From Octopus bimaculoides (taxonomy: Eukaryota), in the NCBI RefSeq assembly GCF_001194135.2, contig NC_068989.1, positions 57,407,083 through 57,443,382 of the forward strand: a DNA stretch of 36,300 nt. Direction: 5' to 3'. This document shows, piece after piece, positions 1 to 10,891 of this stretch. The notes beneath the pieces were generated by a model. The model saw only the letters and a list, made by a program, of their open reading frames with translations, had not been told where the DNA came from and did no database searches. A program made the position numbers and the translations under genes. Positions within the stretch are counted from its first letter, which is position 1, and each line of letters starts with the position of its first letter.

Positions 1-26
1 GAGGAGGAGGAGGAGGGGAGGAGGAG
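1..26 (+). repeat. (GAG)n microsatellite, truncated by window start
   Basis: gaggaggaggaggaggggaggaggag read directly. Confidence 0.85.
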
Positions 27-574
27 AAAAAGAGAAAGAGTAATAAAAATACGGGAGTGGTATGACAATAGTAGGATATTAGTGGAATCCTCTGAAATGG
101 TCAAGTGTCCTAAAAGTGACCTGTTGTGGTTGTAATAGTAGTGATTGGCATTGTTCTGAATAAATTCATGGGTAGTGACTGTTCTGAACATATCGTTTTT
201 AATATCTGCGTGGGTATTATTCTAAGGCCCTTGTAGTAGTGTCATTTGTGGTGGACGCATTCAAAAAAGATTTATATTTTGTCGTAAAATATGACTCTTT
301 GCTAATGCGCTAACTACAGGTTGCATCGTCCCTGAATTTGTAGAGGGGAAAAATTCTGAAGCTGGGTTGTTCGTTAATTGCGCAAATGTCGATGTGTTCG
401 CTGAATGCTATTTTTCTGTATTACCGAAGTTTGATCTGGGATCTATGTAGAGCCATCCTTTGACGTAGTCTGTTTTTGGTTTAGCTTATATATATTGTAT
501 ATATGTGGTATGTGTATGCATTTATAAATATATATATATATATTAAATGCATACACATACGCACATACATATTT

Positions 575-722
575 ATACGACGGGCTTCTACACAGTTTCT
601 GTCGACCATATTCATTACCAAGGCATCGATCGATCCGAGGATATAAGCTGAACAGTGTAACTGAACCCAGACCCATATGGTTGCAAAGCCAACTTCCTAA
701 CCGCACAGCAATGCTTGCGCCA
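575..722 (-). mobile_element. Degenerate 5' part of SINE family A
   Basis: Reverse complement resembles the head of the copy at 1814 (gctgtgcggttaggaagttggctttgcaaccatatgggtctgggttcagt ... gaaactgtgtagaagcccgtcgtata) with an internal deletion. Confidence 0.6.
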
Positions 723-786
723 ATATATGTCATTTAAAATTAGCTAGGATGAATTCGTAATACGTGTACAATTTGAGGACATCTCA

Positions 787-787
<1 letters not shown>

Positions 788-840
<53 letters not shown>
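788..840. repeat. (TA)n microsatellite
   Basis: Pure TA run. Confidence 0.95.
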
Positions 841-843
<3 letters not shown>

Positions 844-1813
844 AGTAACTATTTGTGAACTTTACTGTATTTAATATTAAAAGGACTCCTCCAAAGCAGA
901 TAGGCTGGACATCATGAAACTATTATTTGTTTTTGATCAATATATTCCAAACGATGTTGGAATAGTTAATTTCCTTGTCTTTCAATTTCCATATACAGTT
1001 TCGAAGAGTTATGATGTCCTTGTTTACATTACAAAAACAAATTATGAATTATAGTTGTAGTGTCGTTTACAAAATACAAGTGTAGCGTTTCAAATTTCCC
1101 TCAGCTATTCCTATGTAATATTTTGTGGTGATGTTATCATTACTATTATTGAGTATATTTTAACTAAATAGATTTTGTTTTTGTGTAAGCTTTGATTGAG
1201 AGATATAGCCATTTACTTTTGTATGTGTATCTTGTTTTACACTCCCTATAATAAGTAGTAATTTAAATATCTAATTAGTAGTCTGTGAAGAAATGCCATA
1301 GCTCGAAATGTGGCAGATACTTCATTTAAAAATATTAAGGAATATAAATATTGTTTTGAATACAGTAGTTTCTATGGGACTGAAATCGAGTACTAGTAAT
1401 AAAGATTTAATTTCACATATATATAATTCAATATCATATGCATATTATTTAACGGAGAGTTACAATTCTATTTCCAGACAGAAACACTAAGGAATTTAGG
1501 ATAGTTGAATTGAATATTTCTAAATGTGAATAAAAGATGAAATGCAATCTATTCCTACAAAGAAACATTTAAGAATTGGTATCGTTAAAAATTCTAGATC
1601 ATTGGGTTTCTATCGCAGAAGATCTATAATGTTATCTTTTTCAATTAACTTATCAAAGCACAAAATATCTTGTTCACAAGTTTTGTTCTCAACAAATGCA
1701 AAATGAAAAAATACTTTTTAGAGATATTTTTATATCATTTTATCTATCCATCAATATGTTTCTATATGTGTATGGGTGTTGGTGTGAACATGCACATAAA
1801 TATATATATATTT

Positions 1814-2215
1814 GGCTGTGTGGTAAGTAGCTTGCTTACCAACCACATGGTCCCGGGTTCAGTCCCACTGCGTGGCATCTTGGGCAAGTGTCTTCTACTA
1901 TAGCCTCGGGCCGACCAATGCCTTGTGAGTGGATTTGGTAGACGGAAACTGAAAGAAGCCTGTCGTATATATGTATATATATATATGTATGTGTGTATGT
2001 GTTTGTATGTCTGTGTTTGTCCCCCCAACATCGCTTGACAACCGATGCTGGTGTGTTTATGTCCCTGTAACTTAGCGGTTCGGCAAAAGAGACCGAAAGA
2101 ATAAGTACTAGGCTTCCAAAGAATAAGTCCTGGGGTCGATTTGCTCGACTAAAGGCGGTGCTCCAGCATGGCCACAGTCAAAAGACTGAAACAAGTAAAA
2201 GAGTAAAAAAAAAAG
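1814..2215 (+). mobile_element. tRNA-derived SINE family A, near full length, with internal TA/TG microsatellite
   Basis: Pol III A-box-like ggctgtgtggtaag and B-box-like gggttcagtccc; CORE-like cttgggcaagtgtctt; 3' module cttagcggttcggcaaaagagacc...ggggtcgatt...ccagcatggcc...agtaaaagagtaaaa; same sequence recurs at 6947, 8995/9705, 12091, 24325, 31449. Confidence 0.9.
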
Positions 2216-2303
2216 AGTATACGTTTTCTTTAATAGATACGTTTTCTTTTCATCTCCTTTTTCCCACTCTCGCTCTTTTTCTCTCTCAATATGTTTTCTC
2301 TCT

Positions 2304-2445
2304 TCATTCCTTTCTGTACAAGAGCGTAGGTTCGAAACGCCAAACAAATCTTTCATTTTTCATGAGCGTCAAACTAATACACCCTGTTTGTTGACCAACA
2401 CCTGTCTCTGTCTTTTGACTTTTGTATTCTTGTATCATTTTGAAC

Positions 2446-2447
<2 letters not shown>
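2304..2447 (+). mobile_element. Dispersed repeat, probable Penelope-like pseudo-LTR/3' UTR fragment
   Basis: Alignable to 11821-11952 (tcattcctttct..aagagcgtagg.tcgaaacg....gagcgtcaaa.taatacacc...ctgtctctgtcttt); gagc-gtag-gttc hairpin followed by GAAACG is typical of PLE terminal repeats; family assignment is inference. Confidence 0.55.
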
Positions 2448-2450
<3 letters not shown>

Positions 2451-2479
<29 letters not shown>

Positions 2480-2688
2480 TGTATGTATGTATGTATGTAT
2501 GTATGTATGTATGTATGTATATGTGTGTATGTATGTATATATATACACACACACATGCATATTTGTATGTATGTATGTTTATGTATGTATTACTTTATAT
2601 GGGTTGATTCAGTATCTTCTTGCTCTAGGTTTCGCCTTTGTGCGCATAGGACATTCAGGTGAGTTAAGATTGTATGCATGTACATACA

Positions 2689-2722
<34 letters not shown>

Positions 2723-2730
2723 AATGTATG
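2451..2730. repeat. (TATG)n / (TACA)n microsatellite cluster
   Basis: Long tatg run 2451-2520 and cata run about 2682-2716. Confidence 0.9.
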
Positions 2731-3133
2731 TATGTATTATTATGTATGTACGAGTCAGCGTAAGACAAGAAGTGTGCAGATGTAACACAGATGGGAGTGT
2801 CTTATAAGACTTGAAAAGGGCGGCAGAGAAATAGTAGTAGAAAAAAGGTAGAAGGAAAGAAGAAATAGAAAGATGGAAAGAAAGATGAAAAAATAAGACG
2901 AACGTGGACGCTAAGGCGAGAGCCCAAGAGATGATGAGTGAACAAGTCAACGGTCAAGTAGGAAAAGAATAGGTGTAAAGATAGATTGACAGACGGACAG
3001 ACAAACAGGCAGGCAGGCAGGCAGACAGGCAGACAAATAGATAGATACACATATACAGACGTATATATAGTCATCTCTAACTTCAGTTTTATAGACCTCT
3101 GCTGTAACCCTTTGCTATAAGACCAAATGGTGT

Positions 3134-3136
3134 ATG

Positions 3137-3210
<74 letters not shown>

Positions 3211-3236
3211 CATACATACATACATACATACATACA
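3134..3236. repeat. Compound microsatellite (TA)n-(GA)n-(TACA)n
   Basis: Three abutting pure tracts. Confidence 0.9.
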
Positions 3237-3399
3237 TTACACATTATATTATATATAGAACAAACACTCCTTGATTCAGAACTCAATATGTTGCGTAGAG
3301 ATAATATATTTTAATTACAGACAAAAATAAGTCAGCACATGTTTCACTCTTGACTGAGCACGACTGAGCACGCGCGTATGTGTGTGTGTGCGTGTGCGT

Positions 3400-3430
<31 letters not shown>

Positions 3431-3880
3431 CGTGCATGTAACAGTGTGTAAAACGCTGTTCTGCCCTTTTTTTTTTTAGTTAATGATAAATAAAGTTAAG
3501 GAAGCAATTTGCTTCTTTGGAGTTTCCACAAGTCTACGTAGTAATGCAAGAGAATAAAAATAAATATGATTTTAAAAATTCAAGTGGCTGTCGGGTTCAT
3601 TTAACCATGCAATTATTTATGATTAGTTGTCAACACTTGCATCCTTACAGAAGGAAAACAAATATTACGAGCTGAAAGTAAATGAAAATTGCATATGGTT
3701 TGTCAGTTCTGAAACTCTCATAAATACGTAAATAAACAGTAAGATTATATAACTTGAATAAATATCTTTCATTGCAAATGTATTAATGCCATCAGGATGG
3801 ATTAACCGTAATGAGAAAATTGACTGGTCTGAGGTTTTATTTTAATATTTTTAACGTAGATTTTAGGCTTAGGTCTATCA

Positions 3881-4116
3881 TGCACCCTGAGACTCCAAGG
3901 TCGGAGTTTAACCTGATTTCCATGGCGTGTGAGTGAGTGAAATTACAACACTATTCCCTGAACGGGACGATAGTCCGTCTCTGGTTTAGCTTCCCAGTTA
4001 TTGCTGGAACTCATTTTACACCTGAGTGGATTGGAGTTACGTGAAATAGATTTCTTTTGCTCAAGAACACAATACACTAGCCGGTCCGGGAAACCACAAA
4101 ATTCGTTACTCTAACC
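3881..4116 (-). mobile_element. Old tRNA-derived SINE (CORE-like), degenerate
   Basis: Reverse complement gives ggttagagtaacg..., ccggaccggctagtgtattgtgttcttgagcaaaag, ccaatccactcaggtgtaaaatgagttccagc; the gtgttcttgagcaa segment is shared with the SINE at 23294. Confidence 0.65.
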
Positions 4117-4657
4117 CCCTAAACGCTACGTCACACGGATTCTGTTTTTGTTTTTCTTTTAATATGAGGTTAAAGATTATTTTTCAACGAAATAATATTC
4201 ACATCACCCTTCTGACTCTGAGTATTTGACCTACAGAGAATATAATATATTTTTCCAATATAAAAGTTCTACCTCAGAAAATATGATTACCTCATAACGG
4301 TGCATTATTTCGCATTCTGAAAATTTCATATTTGAGTCATCGTATAAACAATCAAATTATTTCCCTTTTTTAGGTGTGTATTCACTATGATTACTTTGAG
4401 TCATAATATTTCTTCCAGTAACCTCCTCTGAGAACATATACTCGCTGTTACTAAATACTTATGAAGATATTTTCTTTCACTTATTTTCTTATATAATTAA
4501 CTACAATTTATTGGAATTATTAACTTAGACCTAAAAATGCCACAAGGTTGAATGCTGGTCTCCTGTTTAATATTAAAATCCCTTCACTAGTAAATAGTGT
4601 TGATTATATATCGTAAAAAGAAACTGAAGACCCGACACACTTTAACTCAGATACTAT

Positions 4658-5285
4658 NNNNNNNNNNNNNNNNNNNNNNNNNNNNNNNNNNNNNNNNNNN
4701 NNNNNNNNNNNNNNNNNNNNNNNNNNNNNNNNNNNNNNNNNNNNNNNNNNNNNNNNNNNNNNNNNNNNNNNNNNNNNNNNNNNNNNNNNNNNNNNNNNNN
4801 NNNNNNNNNNNNNNNNNNNNNNNNNNNNNNNNNNNNNNNNNNNNNNNNNNNNNNNNNNNNNNNNNNNNNNNNNNNNNNNNNNNNNNNNNNNNNNNNNNNN
4901 NNNNNNNNNNNNNNNNNNNNNNNNNNNNNNNNNNNNNNNNNNNNNNNNNNNNNNNNNNNNNNNNNNNNNNNNNNNNNNNNNNNNNNNNNNNNNNNNNNNN
5001 NNNNNNNNNNNNNNNNNNNNNNNNNNNNNNNNNNNNNNNNNNNNNNNNNNNNNNNNNNNNNNNNNNNNNNNNNNNNNNNNNNNNNNNNNNNNNNNNNNNN
5101 NNNNNNNNNNNNNNNNNNNNNNNNNNNNNNNNNNNNNNNNNNNNNNNNNNNNNNNNNNNNNNNNNNNNNNNNNNNNNNNNNNNNNNNNNNNNNNNNNNNN
5201 NNNNNNNNNNNNNNNNNNNNNNNNNNNNNNNNNNNNNNNNNNNNNNNNNNNNNNNNNNNNNNNNNNNNNNNNNNNNNNNNNNNNN
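4658..5285. other. Assembly gap (N run)
   Basis: Ns. Confidence 1.
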
Positions 5286-5365
5286 ACCATCACCCGGTCT
5301 GAAATTCGAACCCGCGATCCCTCGACTGCGAGTCCGCTGCTCTAACCACTAAGCCATGTGCCTCA
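5286..5365 (-). mobile_element. tRNA-like SINE head (family D-like), body lost in gap
   Basis: Reverse complement aggcacatggcttagtggttagagcagcggactcgcagtcgagggatcgcgggttcgaatttcagaccggg has A and B boxes and matches the head at 34285-34370. Confidence 0.8.
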
Positions 5366-5534
5366 GCCCCCAATTACGTATTAAACCATATTCTACCATC
5401 AAGTCTCCTTAAATTTCCCTATTGTATTAGTTTAAAGAACTAAGCAACGTAAGTCATCGCCAATTTTTAAACACAGCAATAAAATATGGAAAAAAGTCAT
5501 CTGAGGTATAGAATTTTTATACATGCATACGTAA

Positions 5535-5580
<46 letters not shown>

Positions 5581-6069
5581 ACTCTCTCACACACATATTT
5601 ATAAGTATTTTCTTGAAAAGATATATGGCTACAATTGTCTTTCCTCATGTGCGTATGTGCGTATATATATGTATATATGTACGCATGCATACACGCATAT
5701 ATGCACAGCCACGAAACTAAATTCAGTACAAACCCATATGTATGTCTGTATCAATGCATATGTGAGTGTAAGTGTGTGTGTGTAAATATGTACGTATGTG
5801 CATATGCATCTGTGTATGCATGGATGTATGAATGTATCTTCCATATCATTTGCAGTAGGAACAGTTTCATAGTAAATTTATAATCCCAGTTCCAAATTAA
5901 TTCCAGATTCAGCTTGTTTTTAACTTTTTCCCACCGTCCTACCTAATAAGTCACCATTCCAACTCAATATAAAGAGATATCAAAAGATCGAACAAAAATT
6001 CTTCATTAACTTATCAATCTCAATCTCAATCGCCATTATGCTGGTCCTGTTTGCAAATGGCCAGTTGCA

Positions 6070-6354
6070 CAGATTGCATTTGTACGAATCAAAGATGAAT
6101 ATTTAGTCCTATATGACTTTCAAGTGGACAAGAGAACAGCTGTACTTGACATTACCAAAATCTTTGATCAAATATAGCTCAGATTCGCGTTTTATTTATT
6201 CTGTTTTAGATTACAGTCTGGCAGATCAAACAAGGATTTGAAGTCGTATATGACTTCCAATCAGACAACAAAACAGCTGCACTTGACATTAGTAACATCT
6301 TTGATCAAAGATCGGTACATTTTACGTCCATTTTATTTCGTTACTGCTTTTCAG
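6070..6354 (+). repeat. Diverged tandem duplication, about 137-bp period, two copies; possibly a decayed RT remnant
   Basis: tatatgact at 6110 and 6247; acagctg.acttgacatta..aa.atctttgatcaaa shared; translations LYDFQVDKRTAVLDITKIFDQI* and VYDFQSDNKTAALDISNIFDQRS. Confidence 0.7.
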
Positions 6355-6510
6355 ATCTCATTGCTATTTCCTAAACCTTCAGTTGAGGCTTGATTATGTC
6401 GATTAATATTATTCCAAAAGTGCAATCACATGAACGGACTTCAATATTATTCTAGAGAACTATGAAGCCACTACAATTATTTATCTTCCGACTAAATGAT
6501 TTGAAACAAT

Positions 6511-6571
<61 letters not shown>

Positions 6572-6925
6572 NNNNNNNNNNNNNNNNNNNNNNNNNNNNN
6601 NNNNNNNNNNNNNNNNNNNNNNNNNNNNNNNNNNNNNNNNNNNNNNNNNNNNNNNNNNNNNNNNNNNNNNNNNNNNNNNNNNNNNNNNNNNNNNNNNNNN
6701 NNNNNNNNNNNNNNNNNNNNNNNNNNNNNNNNNNNNNNNNNNNNNNNNNNNNNNNNNNNNNNNNNNNNNNNNNNNNNNNNNNNNNNNNNNNNNNNNNNNN
6801 NNNNNNNNNNNNNNNNNNNNNNNNNNNNNNNNNNNNNNNNNNNNNNNNNNNNNNNNNNNNNNNNNNNNNNNNNNNNNNNNNNNNNNNNNNNNNNNNNNNN
6901 NNNNNNNNNNNNNNNNNNNNNNNNN
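6572..6925. other. Assembly gap flanked by (TA)n on both sides
   Basis: Ns; (CA)n(TA)n from about 6510, (TA)n after 6925. Confidence 1.
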
Positions 6926-6946
6926 TATATATATATATATATTTAA

Positions 6947-7189
6947 GCGCAGGAGTGGATGTGTGGTAAGTAGCTTGCTTACCAACCACATGGTTCCGGG
7001 TTCAGTCCCACTGCGTGGCACCGTGGGCAAGTGTCTTCTACTATAGCCTCGGGCCGACCAAAGACTTTTGAGTGGATTTAGTAGACGGAAACCGAAAGAA
7101 TCCCGTCATATATATGTATATGTTTATATATGTATATACGTGCATATGTTTGTGTGTCTGTCCTTGTCCCTCCAACATCGCTTGACAAC
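6947..7189 (+). mobile_element. SINE family A, 3'-truncated
   Basis: High similarity to 1814-2040; ends at aacatcgcttgacaac. Confidence 0.9.
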
Positions 7190-7877
7190 AATTATATATC
7201 TGTTGCATCGGAAATCTGCAATGGCTCCATAACCACAGTCTCGGCTATAACTTTGGAGCCCTAATAATCCGTTACAGCACTTACCTAGCGTACCTAATCG
7301 TTTAGATCAACTATGAACTAAACCCCATACTTTTTATATATACATACATACATACATGTGTGTGTGTGCGAGTGTGTGTAATTTATTTGTGGATTAACAA
7401 GGCTATCATTGGTTTCGGGTAGAGAGATCATCACCATTATTCAAGAGTGTCAGTCACGGTAAAATAAAAATATTGTAACATCAACAGTTAATATTTTAAA
7501 AGGAATCTTTCTTCCCTTGCATACACAAGAAACAATTCATAATTCAAAATTTCAAGCGTGTCTCCCCACGCATTTTGTCACCTCTCTAACCTAGATATGT
7601 TTTTGGAATACTGATATTATGAAATGTATGTTTTATATTTACATTATACATCAAAGACATACTCTCATGAATTTATGCTGGATTCCCTAACTACATAGAG
7701 TTATATGCATAGCACATATTCATGGCATTAAATATTCACAGGAAAAAACATATGTATATGAACTTAGGACTTATAACCCCATGCACCAAGTTTGGAGTCA
7801 AAAATATATGAAACTTTATGCATAATTATATGCACATAATCAAATATGAACAAAGCACTTGTTTCGGGGGGTGTAAC

Positions 7878-7918
<41 letters not shown>

Positions 7919-8850
7919 GTGTGTGTAACTGTGTGTGTAGGTATGTGTCACTTTTTATGTATATATACGTATGTGTATATAAAGAGTGAGGGAATGGAAT
8001 GCGATGAATGTGCATTTGTAAATTTTCCTTATATAAAATCAACACGGAGAGTAATTTTTTCATAAAGTAAAAAATATTCTTGTTTTGAAAATTAGCATTC
8101 ACTTCATCATTCCATATAATCAAGGAATTTGATAAAAGTTAAATTCTAATTATTGTATGTATGTCATACTTCTTGATATAACCCACAGTGGCAAAAGTAT
8201 TCTTCGAAATTAGCAAGTTAGGAAAACTCTATAGGAGATGTAAGCAGTAACTATACTGAGAAGCAATGCTTATGGCCAATCCAACGTGGCTTTTCCGTAG
8301 GAATCGATGTTACTACCATTTTTATCCTAAGAGGGCTCCTCTTCCAGCTGGTTATTCGATGCAATCTACACCCGATATATATTGCAAGCAGGGTAGTGAA
8401 CTCCCACCATCTTCCAGTCAGAGACAACCAAACCGTACGGTTTCGAACTCTTTGTGCTCATCCTCGGTGGTGGATACTCATCCACTAGAGATAGTTGTAA
8501 TTCACTCCAGCTCGCAATATATAGAAAATAAGTGACACTGATCTTGCAACAAGGTTGCTGTCATATGATCGGTACGACTCTTTTAGAAACTAATAAACTT
8601 GTACAGTATTAAAGATAATTTTTGATAGATAATTGACATAGTCGTTGGGGAAGGAGAGGAGGAATAATATAGACATACAAGGTGAGGCGAAGAGCTGAGA
8701 CGTGATTATGGCAACAAGGCTGACAGAGATTATAGCAGTGAATCAAAGTAACAGATAACACGGCTAATTGAAGCAACGAAGAAATGTTTGACGTTTGAGA
8801 TGAGAGAGTATTTTGTTTCAGACTGTACAAACAATCCACACATAAAATCC

Positions 8851-8888
<38 letters not shown>

Positions 8889-8994
8889 CGGTACACACAT
8901 ACATGCACATAACTATACGTATATAAGCATGTGCGTATGCCTATGTATACATGTATGCACGTTACATATTTATATATGTATATTCTTTAATTAT

Positions 8995-9244
8995 TTTATT
9001 TGCTTGAGTCGTTTGGCTGTGGTCATGCTGGAGCACCGCCTTTAGTCGAACAAATCTACCGCAGCACTTATTCTTTGTAAGCCAGGTACTTATTATATCG
9101 GTCTCTTTAACCGAACTGCTAAGTTACGGGGACGTAAACACACCAACATCGGTTGTCAAGCAATGGCAGGGGACAAACACAGACACAAAGACACACAAAC
9201 ATACATATATATAGATACATATATATGTATACATATATTTATGC

Positions 9245-9276
<32 letters not shown>
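8995..9276 (-). mobile_element. SINE family A, 3' module plus internal microsatellite
   Basis: gctggagcaccgcctttagtcga, gctaagttacggggacgtaaacacacc, ggttgtcaagc are reverse complements of family A motifs. Confidence 0.9.
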
Positions 9277-9460
9277 NNNNNNNNNNNNNNNNNNNNNNNN
9301 NNNNNNNNNNNNNNNNNNNNNNNNNNNNNNNNNNNNNNNNNNNNNNNNNNNNNNNNNNNNNNNNNNNNNNNNNNNNNNNNNNNNNNNNNNNNNNNNNNNN
9401 NNNNNNNNNNNNNNNNNNNNNNNNNNNNNNNNNNNNNNNNNNNNNNNNNNNNNNNNNNNN
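9277..9460. other. Assembly gap
   Basis: Ns. Confidence 1.
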
Positions 9461-9700
9461 NAACGATACAAAGAAAACAAGGATGGGTCATTCGGAGTTT
9501 TCTTTCCTGAGTCGAGTTTCAGATTATCTTTGCAATTTGGGCTAGTTATACTCGAGACTGCTCCAATCTGGCGAGCTCCAAGGAAAAACTAAGCTAAGAG
9601 CATTAGATTCCTTGGAAGAAAGCAGCGAATACATACGAAAACAAGGATGGAAGAAAACGGAGAATGTTACACAAATACAAATAACAGGACATAACAACAG
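9461..9700 (-). mobile_element. Unclassified dispersed-repeat-like segment nested between the two halves of a family A SINE
   Basis: Interrupts the family A copy; contains TGAAACTCGA like the PLE-type terminal motifs; classification is inference. Confidence 0.35.
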
Positions 9701-9704
9701 GTGT

Positions 9705-9805
9705 CTATGGTAGAAGACACTTGCCCGAGGTGCCACACAGCGGGACTGAACCCGTAACCACGTGGTTGGGAAGCAAGCTTCTTACCACACAAACACGCCT
9801 GCACC
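9705..9805 (-). mobile_element. SINE family A head
   Basis: gtagaagacacttgcccgaggtgccacacagcgggactgaacccg...cttaccacac is the reverse complement of the family A head. Confidence 0.9.
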
Positions 9806-9821
9806 TAAAAGTAGCATTCCT

Positions 9822-9894
9822 CATCTCTGGTGAGATTCGAACCCACGACCGCTGGATTAGAAGTCCAGCGCGCTATCCCAAGCAATAGAGTGAT
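9822..9894 (-). pseudogene. tRNA-Arg(TCT) pseudogene (3' 57 nt canonical, 5' acceptor strand and D-arm degenerate)
   Basis: Reverse complement: atcactc ta ttgc ttgggata gcgc g ctgga cttctaa tccag cggtc gtggg ttcgaat ctcac cagagat g. Perfect anticodon stem with TCT, canonical T-arm, 73-nt register, TTTT 11 nt downstream; only 5/7 acceptor pairs and a broken A box. Confidence 0.8.
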
Positions 9895-9978
9895 TCGAGA
9901 ACCGAGAGTTTCATGCGTTGGCACTTATCAGTTTGATTAGCTCTAACGTACAGAACTCTCTTGAGTCACTCTGTTGCT
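9881..9978. repeat. 98-bp hairpin with 20-bp terminal inverted repeat enclosing a degenerate hammerhead-like core
   Basis: 9881-9900 pairs with 9959-9978 (17 Watson-Crick plus 3 G-T on + strand); minus strand reads CTGATAA-gtgc caac gcat-GAAA-ctc-tc. Confidence 0.6.
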
Positions 9979-10891
9979 TAGGCTAAATATTTATTTAAAT
10001 ATACATGCATTCATTTTTAGTATCGTTTTTCTCTTTTGCATCACCATACCTCAAGCTATAAATGTGTGTGTGTGTGTTTATCTGTGTTTGTATGTTCATG
10101 TGTGTGTGTGCTCGCGCGCGCGTGCGTGTGTCTATGTGTGCATGTATGTTCTCTAATTTTGGCTTTAAGAGTAGATTTCTAACAAAAATACAAAGCTGTA
10201 GCGTTGGCATGTAAATCAGAAATCAATGTCACAAGTTAGTTTTTATTTATAATGTGTGTTAGCTGGTGGTTTTCGTTTTTCTTTTTTCTTTTTTCTTCTT
10301 TAAACCCTAGCTTTTCTAGATTACCCCTTAGGGTATTTACTAACAAAATCAGGTACAGCAATTATGGATATTGCAATTATCCTTTTTCTCTTTAATTTTC
10401 GAAAAAGATATTCTCATTAGAAAGGTTGTTGACCTCTGTCTATGACAGTGTATACAATTTTTCGTCTGTCCCAATCATTTAATTTAGTCTGTTATATTTG
10501 CACATGATTGCAGTTCTGATCGATAGAAGTTGCATCAGTATTCCTTCTGTTTATGTTTATGTATGTCTTTAATAACAGGGAATTCTCTACTCTTGCTCCA
10601 GGCCAATCTTTCTCGTATGACATTGTATATACGTATATGTGTACGTATATGTATGTGTATATGTACTTGTATGTAAATGTATGTGGCTGTGAGCATGTGT
10701 ATGTTTGTGTGCCTGTGTCAAACAAATGATAAGAGGTGTAGCGAATATTTTCACATAAAAAGATTTGTATCCAATTCATATGTAGTTAAATTATATCTTT
10801 ACACCTGTTTCAATTGATCGATGACTAGTTGATATATCAATATATACTATACAAGTAAGTGTAATTCTTTGGTAATATTACAGGTATGCAT

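Noticed and set aside
40-450. Moderately complex block with a long stop-poor minus frame, faintly Penelope-like
   Set aside because: No RT or GIY-YIG motif could be aligned convincingly by eye.
2374-3286. Many ORFs with YVCM/HTYI/SLSL repeats (also around 5486, 7883, 11360-12246, 12762-13384, 19263, 25049, 33311)
   Set aside because: They are translations of microsatellites that lack stop codons; no coding signal.
4597-5352. Long ORFs of 150-280 aa spanning X runs (also 6452-7046, 9124-9545, 14727-15566)
   Set aside because: Open only because N gaps contain no stops.
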